Below, piece after piece: positions 1 to 9,867 of a stretch of DNA of 64,000 nt. Origin of the DNA: Deltaproteobacteria bacterium (GTDB lineage Bacteria > Myxococcota_A > Polyangia > Polyangiales > Houyiibacteriaceae); assembly GCA_034670305.1 (NCBI GenBank), contig JAXMNT010000006.1, forward strand, positions 160,001 to 224,000, in the 5' to 3' direction. Under the pieces are notes generated by a model that made no database searches, was not told the origin of the DNA, and saw only the letters and a program-made list of their open reading frames with translations. The translations under genes and the position numbers were made by a program. The first letter of the stretch is position 1; the number at the start of each line of letters is the position of its first letter.

Positions 1-78
1 GCTCTCGATGCTCGGCTGACGGCCACACGGCTCGGGCTCTGCTCGGGCTGAAGATGAGGCGAAGAGGGACGGTGGGGC

Positions 79-1167
79 TCAGGCGCCCATTTCGATGCCG
101 ATGGCGCGCGCCGCAAAGACCAGCTGACCGTCGATCGGAACCAGCTTGGGCGCAGCGACCGCCTCTTCGATCGGCCGGCTGCGCACGGTGGTGCCTTCCA
201 GCGTGACCAGGCGACCGGTGCGATCCTCTGCGCAGAGCTTCGCCGCGTGCACGCCGAACCGGGTGCCGAGCACCCGGTCGAAGGCGGACGGAGAACCGCC
301 CCGTTGGATGTGGCCGAGCACGGTGGTCCGGATCTCGTGCGGCACCAGTCCTTCCAGCGCAGCTGCCAGTTGCACGCCGGCGCCGCCGAGCCTCGGCAGA
401 TGGCCTTCGGATCCCTCCGCGACGGTCGAGAAGGTGCCGCCCGCCGGCATGGCGCCCTCGCCCACCACGACGATGCTGAAGTTCGACCCGAGCTCGCTGC
501 GTCGCCGGATCTTCTTCGCCACCCGCGCGACGTCGTAGGGGATCTCTGGAATGAGGATGACGTCGGCGCCGCCGGCGATGCCGGCGCTCAGCGCAATCCA
601 CCCGGCGTGGCGGCCCATCAGCTCGATCACCATCACTCGGTCGTGTGCCTCGGCCGTCGAGTGCAGCGCGTCGATTGCCCACGTGGCGGTGCTCACCGCG
701 GTGTCGAGGCCGAAGGTCAAATCGGTGGCCGCCAGATCGTTGTCGATCGTCTTCGGCACGCCGACGACCTTCACGCCCATCTCGATGAACCGCATGCCCA
801 TGGACATGGTGCCGTCACCGCCCACGAGGACCAGCACGTCGACGTCCAGATCGTGAAGCCGCGACACCACCAGCGCGCTTGCGTCTCGCGGTGCCTCGTC
901 GTGTTGGGGCCCCTTGTACGCGAACGGATTCGCCCGGTTCGAGCACCCGAGCACGCTCCCGCCGCGCGGCAGGATCCCGCGCACGTCGTCGGTGTCGAGC
1001 CGCCGGATTCTCGGGGTGTCGTCGAGGAGGCCGGCGAAACCGTCTTCGCTTCCGAGGACCTCGAGGTCGCAGCCGGCGGCGTGTTTGACGAAGGCGCGGA
1101 CCACTGCGTTGAGGCCGGGGGCATCCCCGCCGCCGGTCAGGATGAGGGCTCGTTTGGGCTGGGTCAC
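79..1167 (-). CDS. pfkA: 6-phosphofructokinase (PfkA family)
   Basis: Motifs TGGGDAPGLN, GGDGT, PKTIDND, ELMGRHAG, LGHIQRGG. GTG start at 1167 with GGAGG upstream. Confidence 0.95.
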   Translation of the reverse strand: MTQPKRALILTGGGDAPGLNAVVRAFVKHAAGCDLEVLGSEDGFAGLLDDTPRIRRLDTDDVRGILPRGGSVLGCSNRANPFAYKGPQHDEAPRDASALVVSRLHDLDVDVLVLVGGDGTMSMGMRFIEMGVKVVGVPKTIDNDLAATDLTFGLDTAVSTATWAIDALHSTAEAHDRVMVIELMGRHAGWIALSAGIAGGADVILIPEIPYDVARVAKKIRRRSELGSNFSIVVVGEGAMPAGGTFSTVAEGSEGHLPRLGGAGVQLAAALEGLVPHEIRTTVLGHIQRGGSPSAFDRVLGTRFGVHAAKLCAEDRTGRLVTLEGTTVRSRPIEEAVAAPKLVPIDGQLVFAARAIGIEMGA

Positions 1168-1195
1168 GCGGACACCTCCATGGACGGGCGGGCGG

Positions 1196-1918
1196 TCACG
1201 CCCGCGATCGAGTGGCTTCGTACAAGGCGATGGACGCCGCCACCGAGGCATTCAGCGAGGCGACCGGACCGACCTGCGGGATCCGGCAGAGCGTATCGCA
1301 GCGCTCGCGCACCAGCCGACGCAGTCCTTTGCCTTCCGAACCCACGACGATGACGCGCTTGTCGGTCTCGCCGGCCCCGTGGAGCATGGTGAGATCTTCG
1401 GAGCCCGACGCATCGAGTCCCAGGATGCGGAAGCCGCGGTGGGTGAGATCGACGAGCGCCTTTTGCAGGTTTGTGACGCGGGCGATGCGGGCATGTTCGG
1501 TCGCACCCACCGAAGCGCGCACGACCGACGCGGTGACTTGCACGGAGCGTCGCTCCGGCAGCACGATGTCTCTCACCCCGAACGCGATGGCGGTGCGGAC
1601 GATGGCGCCGAAGTTGTGCGGATCCGAGAGTTCGTCCAGCGCGACGACGATCTCTGCGTGGTGGGCGATCTCCTCGAGCCCGCGGTAGGCGTAGGGCGGT
1701 CCTTCCGCCAGCACGCCCTGGTGTTTGACGCCCTCCCGTTTCGCCAGCCGGTCGAGCTGGTCACGGTCCACGGTCTTGACGGCGATGTCGTGGGTGCGCG
1801 CTTCGTCCACGAACTCGGCGAGCTTCCGGCTCATCGACGCGTCGACGAAGAGGGTCGTGACGGTCTTGGCGCGCATCGCTTCGATGACCGCGCGGCGTCC
1901 CGCGATGATTCGGTTCAC
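1196..1918 (-). CDS. rlmB: 23S rRNA (Gm2251) 2'-O-methyltransferase, SpoU/TrmH family
   Basis: Motifs HQGV, DPHNFGAIVRTA, GSEGKGLRRLV, SLNASVA. GTG start overlaps the pyrF stop (GTGA). Confidence 0.93.
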   Translation of the reverse strand: MNRIIAGRRAVIEAMRAKTVTTLFVDASMSRKLAEFVDEARTHDIAVKTVDRDQLDRLAKREGVKHQGVLAEGPPYAYRGLEEIAHHAEIVVALDELSDPHNFGAIVRTAIAFGVRDIVLPERRSVQVTASVVRASVGATEHARIARVTNLQKALVDLTHRGFRILGLDASGSEDLTMLHGAGETDKRVIVVGSEGKGLRRLVRERCDTLCRIPQVGPVASLNASVAASIALYEATRSRA

Positions 1919-2622
1919 GGGGAGTCCTGCATCGCTGTGTTCATCTCGGTCCGTATCGCACGCGCGGCGAGGATCGGGTCCTCTGCATTTCGAATGGGAC
2001 GCCCCACCACCAACATGGTCGCGCCCGCCCGGACGGCTTCGGCGGGGGTGGCCGTGCGTTTCTGGTCGCCGCGGTCCCCGCCCGCGGGGCGAACTCCTGG
2101 CACCACGAGGACGAGCTCGGAGGACAGTGCGCGGAGGGCAGCGCATTCGTGCGCCGAACAGACGAGGCCGTGGGCACCCGCGTCGAACGCCAGCTTGCCG
2201 AGCCGAAGGGCCACCGCGGCCGGGTCGCCGTCCATGCCGATCGTTTTCAGCGCTGCGGCGTCCAGAGAGGTGAGGGCGGTCACCGCGAGGAGGCGCATGC
2301 CCGATCCCTCCACCGCGCGCCGGGTGGCTTCGATCGCGGCTGGGCCGGCGCTGGCGTGGATGGTGAGGTCGCGGGCGCCGAGGGACGCGGCACGCGACGC
2401 GGCGCGGGCCATGGTGGCTGGAATGTCGTGGAGCTTCAGATCGAGGAAGCAGTCCGCCGTGGAGGCCGCGGCCCGCACCATGGAGGCGCCTTCGGCGATG
2501 AACAGCTCGAGCCCCACCTTGAACACATCGACGTGACCGTGGAGCCGTCCCATCCATTCGGTGGCCTGGGCGGCGCTGGGCACGTCCAGGGCGAACGCGA
2601 GCTCGGGGGCTGGGCCTGTCAT
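1915..2622 (-). CDS. pyrF: orotidine-5'-phosphate decarboxylase
   Basis: Motifs ALDV, FKVGLELF, FLDLKLHDIPAT, PGVRP, DQKR, VVGRPI. Confidence 0.96.
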   Translation of the reverse strand: MTGPAPELAFALDVPSAAQATEWMGRLHGHVDVFKVGLELFIAEGASMVRAAASTADCFLDLKLHDIPATMARAASRAASLGARDLTIHASAGPAAIEATRRAVEGSGMRLLAVTALTSLDAAALKTIGMDGDPAAVALRLGKLAFDAGAHGLVCSAHECAALRALSSELVLVVPGVRPAGGDRGDQKRTATPAEAVRAGATMLVVGRPIRNAEDPILAARAIRTEMNTAMQDSP

Positions 2623-2725
2623 GGGGTATGCGTCATCGCTCAGAAACCACTGCTTACAAACACATCGAGCGACCTCCAAAGGGAGATCGCTCGATTGTGA
2701 CTCGAATGTCGAGAAGGGCTACTGG

Positions 2726-3472
2726 CTAGAGATCCAAACCGGCCAACGGGTCGTCGGAGTCTCCGCCGCTCATCATCGTGCTGGTCATGCTGCGCGGACG
2801 CCGAACGCGCCGCATCGGGGAGGACGCGGTGTTCTCGGCTGCGGCTTCCATGGCGGAGGCGGCGGCCGCAAGTGCCTCGGCTTCTGCGCGACGGCGGGCT
2901 TCTTCTGCCTGCCTCCGGGCTTGGGCTTCCTGGGCAGCCTGCTCGCGCGCCTGCTGCGCTTCGTTGGCCTGCCGGTCCGCCGCTTCCCGTGCGAGCCGAG
3001 CGGCCTCGGCCGCCTGCTCCTGCTGCGGCGCGATCACACCGAAGTAGACACCGGCGACGGCGCCCAAGAGGACCGTGACCAATCCGACGATGACCATCGG
3101 GTTGACGCCCTTCTTCTCCTTCGCCTTGATCTCCGCCATCTGGCGGTCGTGCTCGAGCAGGCGCTGCTGCTCTTTGGCTCGGGACTGCGCTTCGGCGTCG
3201 AGGCGCACGCGGAGCGCAGCCTCTTCCTTTTCACGTTGAACCCGCAGTTCTTCCTCACGCTTCGCGCGCTCGGCTGCCGCAATCGCTTCCTGTTCGGCGC
3301 GAATCTTGGCTTCTTCGGCTTCGCGCTTTTGGCGCTCTTCCTCTTCACGTTTTTTGCGGGCGTCTTCAGCCTGCTGACGTGCGACTTCCTCTTCATCGGC
3401 GATGCGATCCTCTTCGAGGTGCATCAGCTCCTGAAGATTGAAGAGAACAGAGGATTCCTTCTGCTCGGACAT
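2726..3472 (-). CDS. bitopic membrane protein with E/R/A/K coiled coils on both sides of one TM helix (hypothetical, TolA-like composition)
   Basis: Long EEAR-rich helix, hydrophobic VIVGLVTVLLGAVAGVYFGVI segment, coding-like codon usage. Confidence 0.8.
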   Translation of the reverse strand: MSEQKESSVLFNLQELMHLEEDRIADEEEVARQQAEDARKKREEEERQKREAEEAKIRAEQEAIAAAERAKREEELRVQREKEEAALRVRLDAEAQSRAKEQQRLLEHDRQMAEIKAKEKKGVNPMVIVGLVTVLLGAVAGVYFGVIAPQQEQAAEAARLAREAADRQANEAQQAREQAAQEAQARRQAEEARRRAEAEALAAAASAMEAAAENTASSPMRRVRRPRSMTSTMMSGGDSDDPLAGLDL

Positions 3473-3666
3473 CTAGGGGGTGCTCCGTTGGGGCTCGGGC
3501 CGGTGTTGGCGCTGAAAAGTAGCAGGTCTCGCGTCGAATTGTCAACGGACTGAGATGTCGCAGGCGCGCGTGATTGCTCGCCTTTTTACGCAATTCGGAC
3601 CGTCGCAACGAGTTGGACACGCACAGGGACCCGGACCTTGGGAGAGACTGCTATTCTTCGAACGCC

Positions 3667-4167
3667 GTGATTCACCCCACCTTGTCGACGCACCCAGCCG
3701 TGGGCACCGCCCTCGGAACGCTTCTCTTGCTCACCGCCAGCGCATGCGGTGGGACCGGGTTCGACAAACCCGAAGGTGCGACGTGCGCCCGGGCCATCGA
3801 GTGCGCGCCGGGCCTCGCGTGTGTGATGGGGGTCTGCTCCAGCGATCTGACCGGCATCATGGGCATGGTCCCCGAAGACGCCGGCGAGATGATGATGGAA
3901 GATGCCGGCGACCTCGTGGACGCTCCGATGGCAGACGCACCTGGCGTGGACTCGGGACCCGGCGTGGACTCGGGACCCGGCGTGGACTCGGGACCTGGCG
4001 TGGACTCGGGACCGGTCGAGATGGACGCGGGCACGGATGCGGGTCCGGTCGAGATGGACGCGGGGACCGACGCGGGGACCGACGCGGGCACCGATGCGGG
4101 GCCGGTGGAGATGGACGCGGGCACGGACGCCGGCATGGAAGACGTGGGCGTAGACACGGGGGTCTGA
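3667..4167 (+). CDS. small lipoprotein: Cys-rich mini-domain plus acidic DSG/DAG repeat tail
   Basis: Hydrophobic signal ending in lipobox-like ASAC, then C-x5-C-x5-C-x4-C and GVDSGP/DAGT repeats. Start uncertain (GTG 3667 or 3700). Confidence 0.75.
   Translation: MIHPTLSTHPAVGTALGTLLLLTASACGGTGFDKPEGATCARAIECAPGLACVMGVCSSDLTGIMGMVPEDAGEMMMEDAGDLVDAPMADAPGVDSGPGVDSGPGVDSGPGVDSGPVEMDAGTDAGPVEMDAGTDAGTDAGTDAGPVEMDAGTDAGMEDVGVDTGV
3940..4011 (+). repeat. 4 x 18-bp coding tandem repeat CCYGGCGTGGACTCGGGA (PGVDSG), followed by PVEMDAGTDAG-type repeats to about 4140
   Basis: Read directly in the sequence. Confidence 0.95.
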
Positions 4168-4191
4168 CTCCCCTGGAAGGCGGAGCGGCCA

Positions 4192-4296
4192 TGCCGAAGC
4201 TGAAGCCGACGCCGAAGCCGATGCCGGTGCCGAAGGCCGAAGCCGAAGCCGCGGCCGAAGCCGATGCCGATGCCGAAGGCCGAAGCCGAAGCCGAT
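4192..4296 (+). repeat. intergenic (GCCGAN)n hexamer tract T1
   Basis: GCCGAA/GCCGAT/GCCGAC units between convergent genes. Confidence 0.9.
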
Positions 4297-4355
4297 CCCG
4301 GGCCATCCTTCAGCGCTTGCCGTCTTCTCGTGGGGGGCAGGTACTGGCGCGCGGA

Positions 4356-5381
4356 CTACTCGCGCCAGAAGAGTTTCCAGGGGTTGTGCTTCAGGTCGCG
4401 AAGCATCTCCTGGATGTCGTCGTAGATCTCTTCGTCCATGACCAGGCCGCCAACCGTGCCGCGGCCTTCGCGGATGTGGCCGACGATGCCTCGGGCGTCC
4501 GCGATGGTGGCGTTCGCGGTCTCGGCGAGCTCGGAGGCTTCGTGGATGGCGGTGCGGATCTCTTCCTGCTGCTGCGGACCGAACGCTTCGAGGGCGCCGG
4601 AGCCGTTCTCCGCCATGGAGCGCACGTCCCGGAGGATGGGATCGATGTCGCGTGCGACGGAGGCGAGCGTCGAGTCCAGGTTGCGCATGGTGCGTTGGAG
4701 CCGGGCGCCGTTGACGATGCCGTTGGCTCCGTCGAGGACTTCGTTGGTCTGCTCGGTCGCGCGCTCGACGTTCGCGAGGATGTTGTCGAGCCGGCCGTCG
4801 TTCTCTTGGAGCAACTCGTCGAGCTGCCGGATCATGTTCGCCGCCGAGGTCAGCAGGCCGGCCAGTTCCTCCCGGTTGTCCCGGACCAGGCTGGTCATGC
4901 CTTCAAGCAACTCGTAGGCGAGGGAGAGCGCGAGATCGAGTCGGGGGGGGTCGACGCCTTCCACGATCGCGCCGGCTTCGAGCGCGGGCCGTTCGGGGTC
5001 GCCCGGATCCACCGCGATGATCGATTCGCCCAGCATGCTCTGGCTGGTGACGTAGAAGAGCGCGTCTTCGTGGATCGTGTCGCGGATGTTGTCGTCGATC
5101 TCGAGCTTCATGCGGATCAGCGGCCGGCGGCCAGTCTGCGGATCGAGGCGTCCACCGCGGTACTCGATCTCCTCGACCCGGCCGACTCGGATGCCGCCCA
5201 CGTTCACGGAGGCGCCGGGTTGCACGTTGCCCGGGTTGTCGAAGTCGACGAAGAGTTCGTACTGGTCGCCGAGTTCCACCCCGCCGAGAAAGAAGATGAA
5301 CGCGCCGAGCATGCCGAGCGCGACGAGCACCAGCAGCCCCACTCGGACCTCGACGCTCAAGCCCTTCTTCTTCTCGCTCAT
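4356..5381 (-). CDS. mlaD: MCE/MlaD family protein with long helical C-terminus
   Basis: EVRVGLLV TM helix, MCE domain (GASVNVGGIRVGRV), helical region, C-terminal GTVGGLV...LKHNPWKL. Confidence 0.9.
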   Translation of the reverse strand: MSEKKKGLSVEVRVGLLVLVALGMLGAFIFFLGGVELGDQYELFVDFDNPGNVQPGASVNVGGIRVGRVEEIEYRGGRLDPQTGRRPLIRMKLEIDDNIRDTIHEDALFYVTSQSMLGESIIAVDPGDPERPALEAGAIVEGVDPPRLDLALSLAYELLEGMTSLVRDNREELAGLLTSAANMIRQLDELLQENDGRLDNILANVERATEQTNEVLDGANGIVNGARLQRTMRNLDSTLASVARDIDPILRDVRSMAENGSGALEAFGPQQQEEIRTAIHEASELAETANATIADARGIVGHIREGRGTVGGLVMDEEIYDDIQEMLRDLKHNPWKLFWRE

Positions 5382-5448
5382 CGCATCCACCCGGACGGGT
5401 GCGTCGAAGCGGGGAGGGCGGTCATCGGAACGTCATACGACATCGGCG

Positions 5449-6195
5449 TCAGACGTCCATCGGGCCTTCGGCCCGCCCTTGGATGAACTGCTGGACGATC
5501 GGGTCGTCCGTCGCGCGAAAGTCTTCCGGGCTGCCCAACATCCGCACCGTGCCCTTGTACAACATCGCGATTCGGTCGGCGATCGAGAAGATGGAGGTCA
5601 GATCGTGGCTCACCACGATGCTCGTGACCCCGACTTCGTCGCAGAGTTGCCGGATGAGCTGGTCGGTGCGGCGTGCGCTGACCGGGTCGAGGGAGGTGGT
5701 GGGTTCGTCGAAGAGCACGTACTCGGGGTCGAGCGTGAGGGCGCGGGCGATGGCCACCCGCTTCCGCATTCCGTCCCCGAGCTCCGCTGGGAAGCGGTCG
5801 GCGTACTTCTCCATCTGCACCACTTCGAGCCGGCTGCGCGCGTCGGCGATCGCGTCGTCCATCGACATGCCCCGGTGTTTGCGCAGGGGAAGCGCGACGT
5901 TTTGGGCACAGGTCATGGAGTCGAACAGGGTGGAACTCTGGAAGACCATCGCGCACTTCATCCGCACCGGATACAGCTCCGTCTCGCTCAGCCGCGAGAC
6001 CTCCTGGTCTCCGAGGAAGATGTCGCCGTCGTCCGGGCGGAGCAGGCCGATGAGGTGTTTGATCAGCACGCTCTTGCCCACGCCGGACGCGCCGATGATG
6101 AAGAAACACTCCCGGTCGGAGACTTCCAGCGTCACGCCGTTGAGCACGACCTTCGGGCCGAAGGCCTTCTTGATGTCGACGAATCGAATGGTCAT
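5449..6195 (-). CDS. mlaF: ABC transporter ATPase, MlaF/Mkl family (degenerate signature LGDG)
   Basis: Walker A GASGVGKS, Walker B VLFDEP, H-loop VSHD. ATG start at 6195. Confidence 0.92.
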   Translation of the reverse strand: MTIRFVDIKKAFGPKVVLNGVTLEVSDRECFFIIGASGVGKSVLIKHLIGLLRPDDGDIFLGDQEVSRLSETELYPVRMKCAMVFQSSTLFDSMTCAQNVALPLRKHRGMSMDDAIADARSRLEVVQMEKYADRFPAELGDGMRKRVAIARALTLDPEYVLFDEPTTSLDPVSARRTDQLIRQLCDEVGVTSIVVSHDLTSIFSIADRIAMLYKGTVRMLGSPEDFRATDDPIVQQFIQGRAEGPMDV

Positions 6196-6229
6196 CGGGC
6201 GGCCATCGCGGTGTGGATCGTCGTCCGGC

Positions 6230-7027
6230 TCACAGGGCCGGAAAAACGAAGTACCCGAAGATGCTGATGATGAGGTTGAGCACGATGATGGCGAAGCAGC
6301 TGCCGACCACCGCTTCGGTCGTGGCCCAGCCGACGCCCTCGGAGCCGCCGAAGGTGGCGAGCCCGCGCTGCGCACTGACGAGCGCGATCGCGCCGCCATA
6401 CGTGAACGCTTTGGTCACGCCCATGATCACGTCGCCCGAGTTCACCATGGAGAGGTTCGCAAACGTGTGCGGGTTCACGTCGAACATCACGTTCGCCACC
6501 AGCATGCCGGCGCCGAACGCGATGAATCCGCCGATGATCAGGACCACCCCGCTCATGATCACCGACGCGACGAACCGCGGCACCACCAGGTAGTCGACGG
6601 GGTCCGCGGCGCACATGCGCATCGCATCCACTTGCTCGGTCACCACCATGGAGCCGATCTCCGCAGCGATGCCTGCGCCGACGCGCGTGGCGAGTGGCAG
6701 CGCTCCGACCGACGCCGCCAGATCGCGGATCAGCAGCTTGGTGAATGTGGCGCCCACCATCGACATGTCGGGCACGAGCTTCTGGCTCTGCAGGCCGGTC
6801 TGGAACGTGATGATCGCGCCGATGAACGCCATGGTCACCGCCATGAAGAACATCGACTGGTTGCCAATCGCGTACATCTGCGCCGCGATCGCGCCCTTCT
6901 CTCGCTTGCCGTGGAACAGGTAATAGATGGTTCGCACAGACAGCCGGTAGACCGCGCCCACGTCCGAGATCACCATCTTGAGCGCGGTGATCGGCGAGGT
7001 GTTTTCGGCGCGTGAAGTAAAACCCAT
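6230..7027 (-). CDS. mlaE: MlaE family ABC permease
   Basis: RVGAGIAAEIGSMVVTEQVDAM...DPVDYLVVPR motif. Confidence 0.93.
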   Translation of the reverse strand: MGFTSRAENTSPITALKMVISDVGAVYRLSVRTIYYLFHGKREKGAIAAQMYAIGNQSMFFMAVTMAFIGAIITFQTGLQSQKLVPDMSMVGATFTKLLIRDLAASVGALPLATRVGAGIAAEIGSMVVTEQVDAMRMCAADPVDYLVVPRFVASVIMSGVVLIIGGFIAFGAGMLVANVMFDVNPHTFANLSMVNSGDVIMGVTKAFTYGGAIALVSAQRGLATFGGSEGVGWATTEAVVGSCFAIIVLNLIISIFGYFVFPAL

Positions 7028-7031
7028 CGGA

Positions 7032-7817
7032 TCAGTCCAGGATGAACGTCGAGCAATAGTCGGCGATGAAGATGCCCGCGGCCGCCGCGACGACCGATGC
7101 GTTGACGGCGCGGCCGACGCCAGGGGCGCCGCCGCGGGTGGCGAGTCCGTAGTAGCAGGACATCAGCGCGATCATCAGACCGAACAGGAATGCTTTGATG
7201 AGGCCAACCCAGAAGTCCCAGATCTCGAGCCGCTCCATCGCGGAACTCCAGAACAGCTGCGGGCTGACGTCGAGGAGGAGGTCGGCGGTGAGCATCGCGC
7301 CGCCGAGCGCGACCGCGTCGCCGATCACACACAAACACACCATCATGCTGACCATCGCCAAGACCCGGGGCACGACGAGGTACGCCACGGGATCGATCGC
7401 CAGCGCGCGCAGTGCGTCGATCTGATCGGTCACCGCCATCGTGCCGAGCTCCGCGGTGTTGTTGGCGCCCACCCGTCCGTTGAAGATCAGACCGATCAGA
7501 AGCGGGCCGATCTCCCGGAAGGTGGTGAACGTGGCGGCCCACCCGATGAACCCGGTGGCCTGGAACTGCTCGACGAAAGGCGCGGCCTGGATGACCATGA
7601 TGCCGCCCGTGAACGCCGCCGTCGCCGAGATGATCGGCACACTGCGCACACCCATGCGGTGCAGGTTCCGGAACAGCTCGTGCCGGTCGATCTTCCGCGG
7701 GTTGAGCCGCGCGAGGATCTGACCGAGCAGCATCGCCACGCCGCCGATCTGGCTGGCGATCGAGAGCAGTCCGCTGCCGATCTTGGCCGGCAACACGAGT
7801 GCCACGGACTCGCTCAT
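7032..7817 (-). CDS. mlaE: MlaE family ABC permease
   Basis: REIGPLL, GRVGANNTAELGTMAVTDQIDAL...DPVAYLVVPR, GVGRAV motifs. Confidence 0.93.
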   Translation of the reverse strand: MSESVALVLPAKIGSGLLSIASQIGGVAMLLGQILARLNPRKIDRHELFRNLHRMGVRSVPIISATAAFTGGIMVIQAAPFVEQFQATGFIGWAATFTTFREIGPLLIGLIFNGRVGANNTAELGTMAVTDQIDALRALAIDPVAYLVVPRVLAMVSMMVCLCVIGDAVALGGAMLTADLLLDVSPQLFWSSAMERLEIWDFWVGLIKAFLFGLMIALMSCYYGLATRGGAPGVGRAVNASVVAAAAGIFIADYCSTFILD

Positions 7818-7836
7818 GCGCGCGTTCCGATCTCGG

Positions 7837-8568
7837 TCACAGCGGACCTTCGGTCAGGCCATGCACGAACTGGCGGACCACCGGGATCTCAGAGCTCCGG
7901 GCTTCGTCCGCGGTACCGTCGAAGACCAAGCGCCCTTCGTGCAGCATGCCGACGCGATCGGCGATGGTGAGCACGCCGGAGACATCGCTCGAGATCACCA
8001 TCACGGTGGTGTCTCCGCTGCGCTGCTCTTCTCGGATGAGGTCGTAGATCTTCTGACTCGTGACCGGGTCGAGACCCGCGGTGGGTTCGTCGTAGAGCAC
8101 GATGGGCGGCCTGGCAATCGTGGCCCGCGCCACGCCGACCCGCTTCTTCTGTCCGCCGGACATGCTGGCGGGAATGCGCTGCTGGGTGCCGGGGAGGGCG
8201 ACCCGCTCGAGCCGTTCGGCGACCCGCTCCTGGATCTCGGCTTCCGGCAAATCGAACAAGCGCCGCAGCGGGAACGCGATGTTCTCCGCCACCGTCATGT
8301 CGAACAGCGCGTAGTTCTGAAACAGGTAGCCGATCTTCCGGCGCACGACGTTGAGCGCCAACGCGTCCAGGGCGGTGATCTCGTCTTCGTCGACGAAGAC
8401 CTTGCCCGCATCCGGTTCGACCAGCCCGGCCACGATCTTGAAGAGCACGCTCTTGCCGGCCGCGCCCGGCCCGATGAGCGCGAAGATGCAGCCGGCCGGC
8501 ACGTCGAGACTCACGTCGCGCAGCACCGGACCCTTGAACTGTTTGTGAATGCCTTCGAGCCGGATCAA
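7837..8568 (-). CDS. mlaF: ABC transporter ATPase, MlaF family (H-loop His replaced by Ser)
   Basis: Walker A GPGAAGKS, signature MSGGQKKRV, Walker B VLYDEPTAGLDP, H-loop VISSD. Confidence 0.92.
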   Translation of the reverse strand: MIRLEGIHKQFKGPVLRDVSLDVPAGCIFALIGPGAAGKSVLFKIVAGLVEPDAGKVFVDEDEITALDALALNVVRRKIGYLFQNYALFDMTVAENIAFPLRRLFDLPEAEIQERVAERLERVALPGTQQRIPASMSGGQKKRVGVARATIARPPIVLYDEPTAGLDPVTSQKIYDLIREEQRSGDTTVMVISSDVSGVLTIADRVGMLHEGRLVFDGTADEARSSEIPVVRQFVHGLTEGPL

Positions 8569-8628
8569 CGGCCGCGAGGGTACCCGACTTTGGGGGTCCC
8601 CGCGGCCGACTCGACGACCCGGCGGTGG

Positions 8629-9867
8629 CTAGAGGCCGCGCATCTCCGTCGCTTCACGGACGCGCATCACGCCCAGGATGAACGCGGCCATGCGCAGGTT
8701 GCACTTGTGGGTGTTCTGCACCTGGAGAAGGTTCGCGAACCCCTTCTTCATCACCTTGCGCAGCTCGGTGTTGACCCGGTCCTCTTCCCAGTAGAAGTGC
8801 TGCATGTTCTGGGACCACTCGAAGTAGCTCACGGTCACGCCGCCGCAGTTGGCGTAGATGTCCGGCACCACATGAATGCCCTTGCGATCGAAGACCTCGT
8901 CCGCTTCGGGATCCGTGGGGCCGTTCGCGCCTTCGACGATGTAGCGGGCCTGGACGTCCTCGGCGTTGTCGGCCGTGAGCACGCCGCCGAGCGCGGCCGG
9001 CACCAGGATGTCGCACTTCATCGTGAGCACGCTGTTGCCATCGACCTTCTCTGCGCCCGAGAACCCTTCGAGGGTGCGGTTCTTCTCGCAGTGGGCCATC
9101 GCCGCGGCGATGTTGATGCCCTCGCGGTTCACGTAGCCGCCCGTGATGTCGCTGATCGCGATGACCTTGGCGCCGTTCGCGACGTAGTCGTGTCCGGCCC
9201 AGCTGCCGACGTTGCCGAAGCCCTGGATGACGATGGTCTTGCCCTTCAGCTCCTCGCCGTGGTGCGCCAGGATCTCTTCACTCGCGTACACGACGCCACG
9301 CCCGGTGGCCTGGGTTCGGCCTTCGGATCCCCGCAGAGAGAGCGGCTTGCCGGTCACGACCCCCGGCTGGTAGCCGTGGTACTTCGCGTACTGGTCGAAG
9401 ATCCACGCCATGACCTGGCCGTTGGTGTTCACGTCGGGCGCCGGGATGTCGGTGGTCGCTCCGATGATGTCGTGAATGCCGTCGATGAACCGGCGGGTCA
9501 GCCGCTGCAGTTCCGCCTGCGAGAGTTTGCTCGCGTCGACCTGGATGCCACCCTTGGCACCGCCGAAGGGCACACCCGCGACCGCGGTCTTCCAAGTCAT
9601 CAACGACGCCAGTGCCGTCACCTCCATCGCGTCGACGTGGTGGTGGTAGCGCAGCCCGCCCTTGAAGGGCCCGCGCGCGTCGTCGTGCTGCACCCGGAAC
9701 CCGATGAACGTCCCGATGGTCCCGTCGTCCATGCGGATGTTCAGTTCCACACGCACTTCGCGGTGCGGCGTCTTGAGCTGCTTCGTGACGTCCGGCGTGA
9801 GCTTCAGGTGCGCGGCGGCGCGGTCGACGTAGAGCTGCGTGTTCTCGAGAAACTTGGACGACGACAT
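8629..9867 (-). CDS. gdhA: Glu/Leu/Phe/Val dehydrogenase (glutamate dehydrogenase)
   Basis: Motifs GPFKGGLRYH, GGAKGG, DIPAPDVNT, QGFGNVG, EGANGP, GGVTVSYFEW. Confidence 0.95.
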   Translation of the reverse strand: MSSSKFLENTQLYVDRAAAHLKLTPDVTKQLKTPHREVRVELNIRMDDGTIGTFIGFRVQHDDARGPFKGGLRYHHHVDAMEVTALASLMTWKTAVAGVPFGGAKGGIQVDASKLSQAELQRLTRRFIDGIHDIIGATTDIPAPDVNTNGQVMAWIFDQYAKYHGYQPGVVTGKPLSLRGSEGRTQATGRGVVYASEEILAHHGEELKGKTIVIQGFGNVGSWAGHDYVANGAKVIAISDITGGYVNREGINIAAAMAHCEKNRTLEGFSGAEKVDGNSVLTMKCDILVPAALGGVLTADNAEDVQARYIVEGANGPTDPEADEVFDRKGIHVVPDIYANCGGVTVSYFEWSQNMQHFYWEEDRVNTELRKVMKKGFANLLQVQNTHKCNLRMAAFILGVMRVREATEMRGL

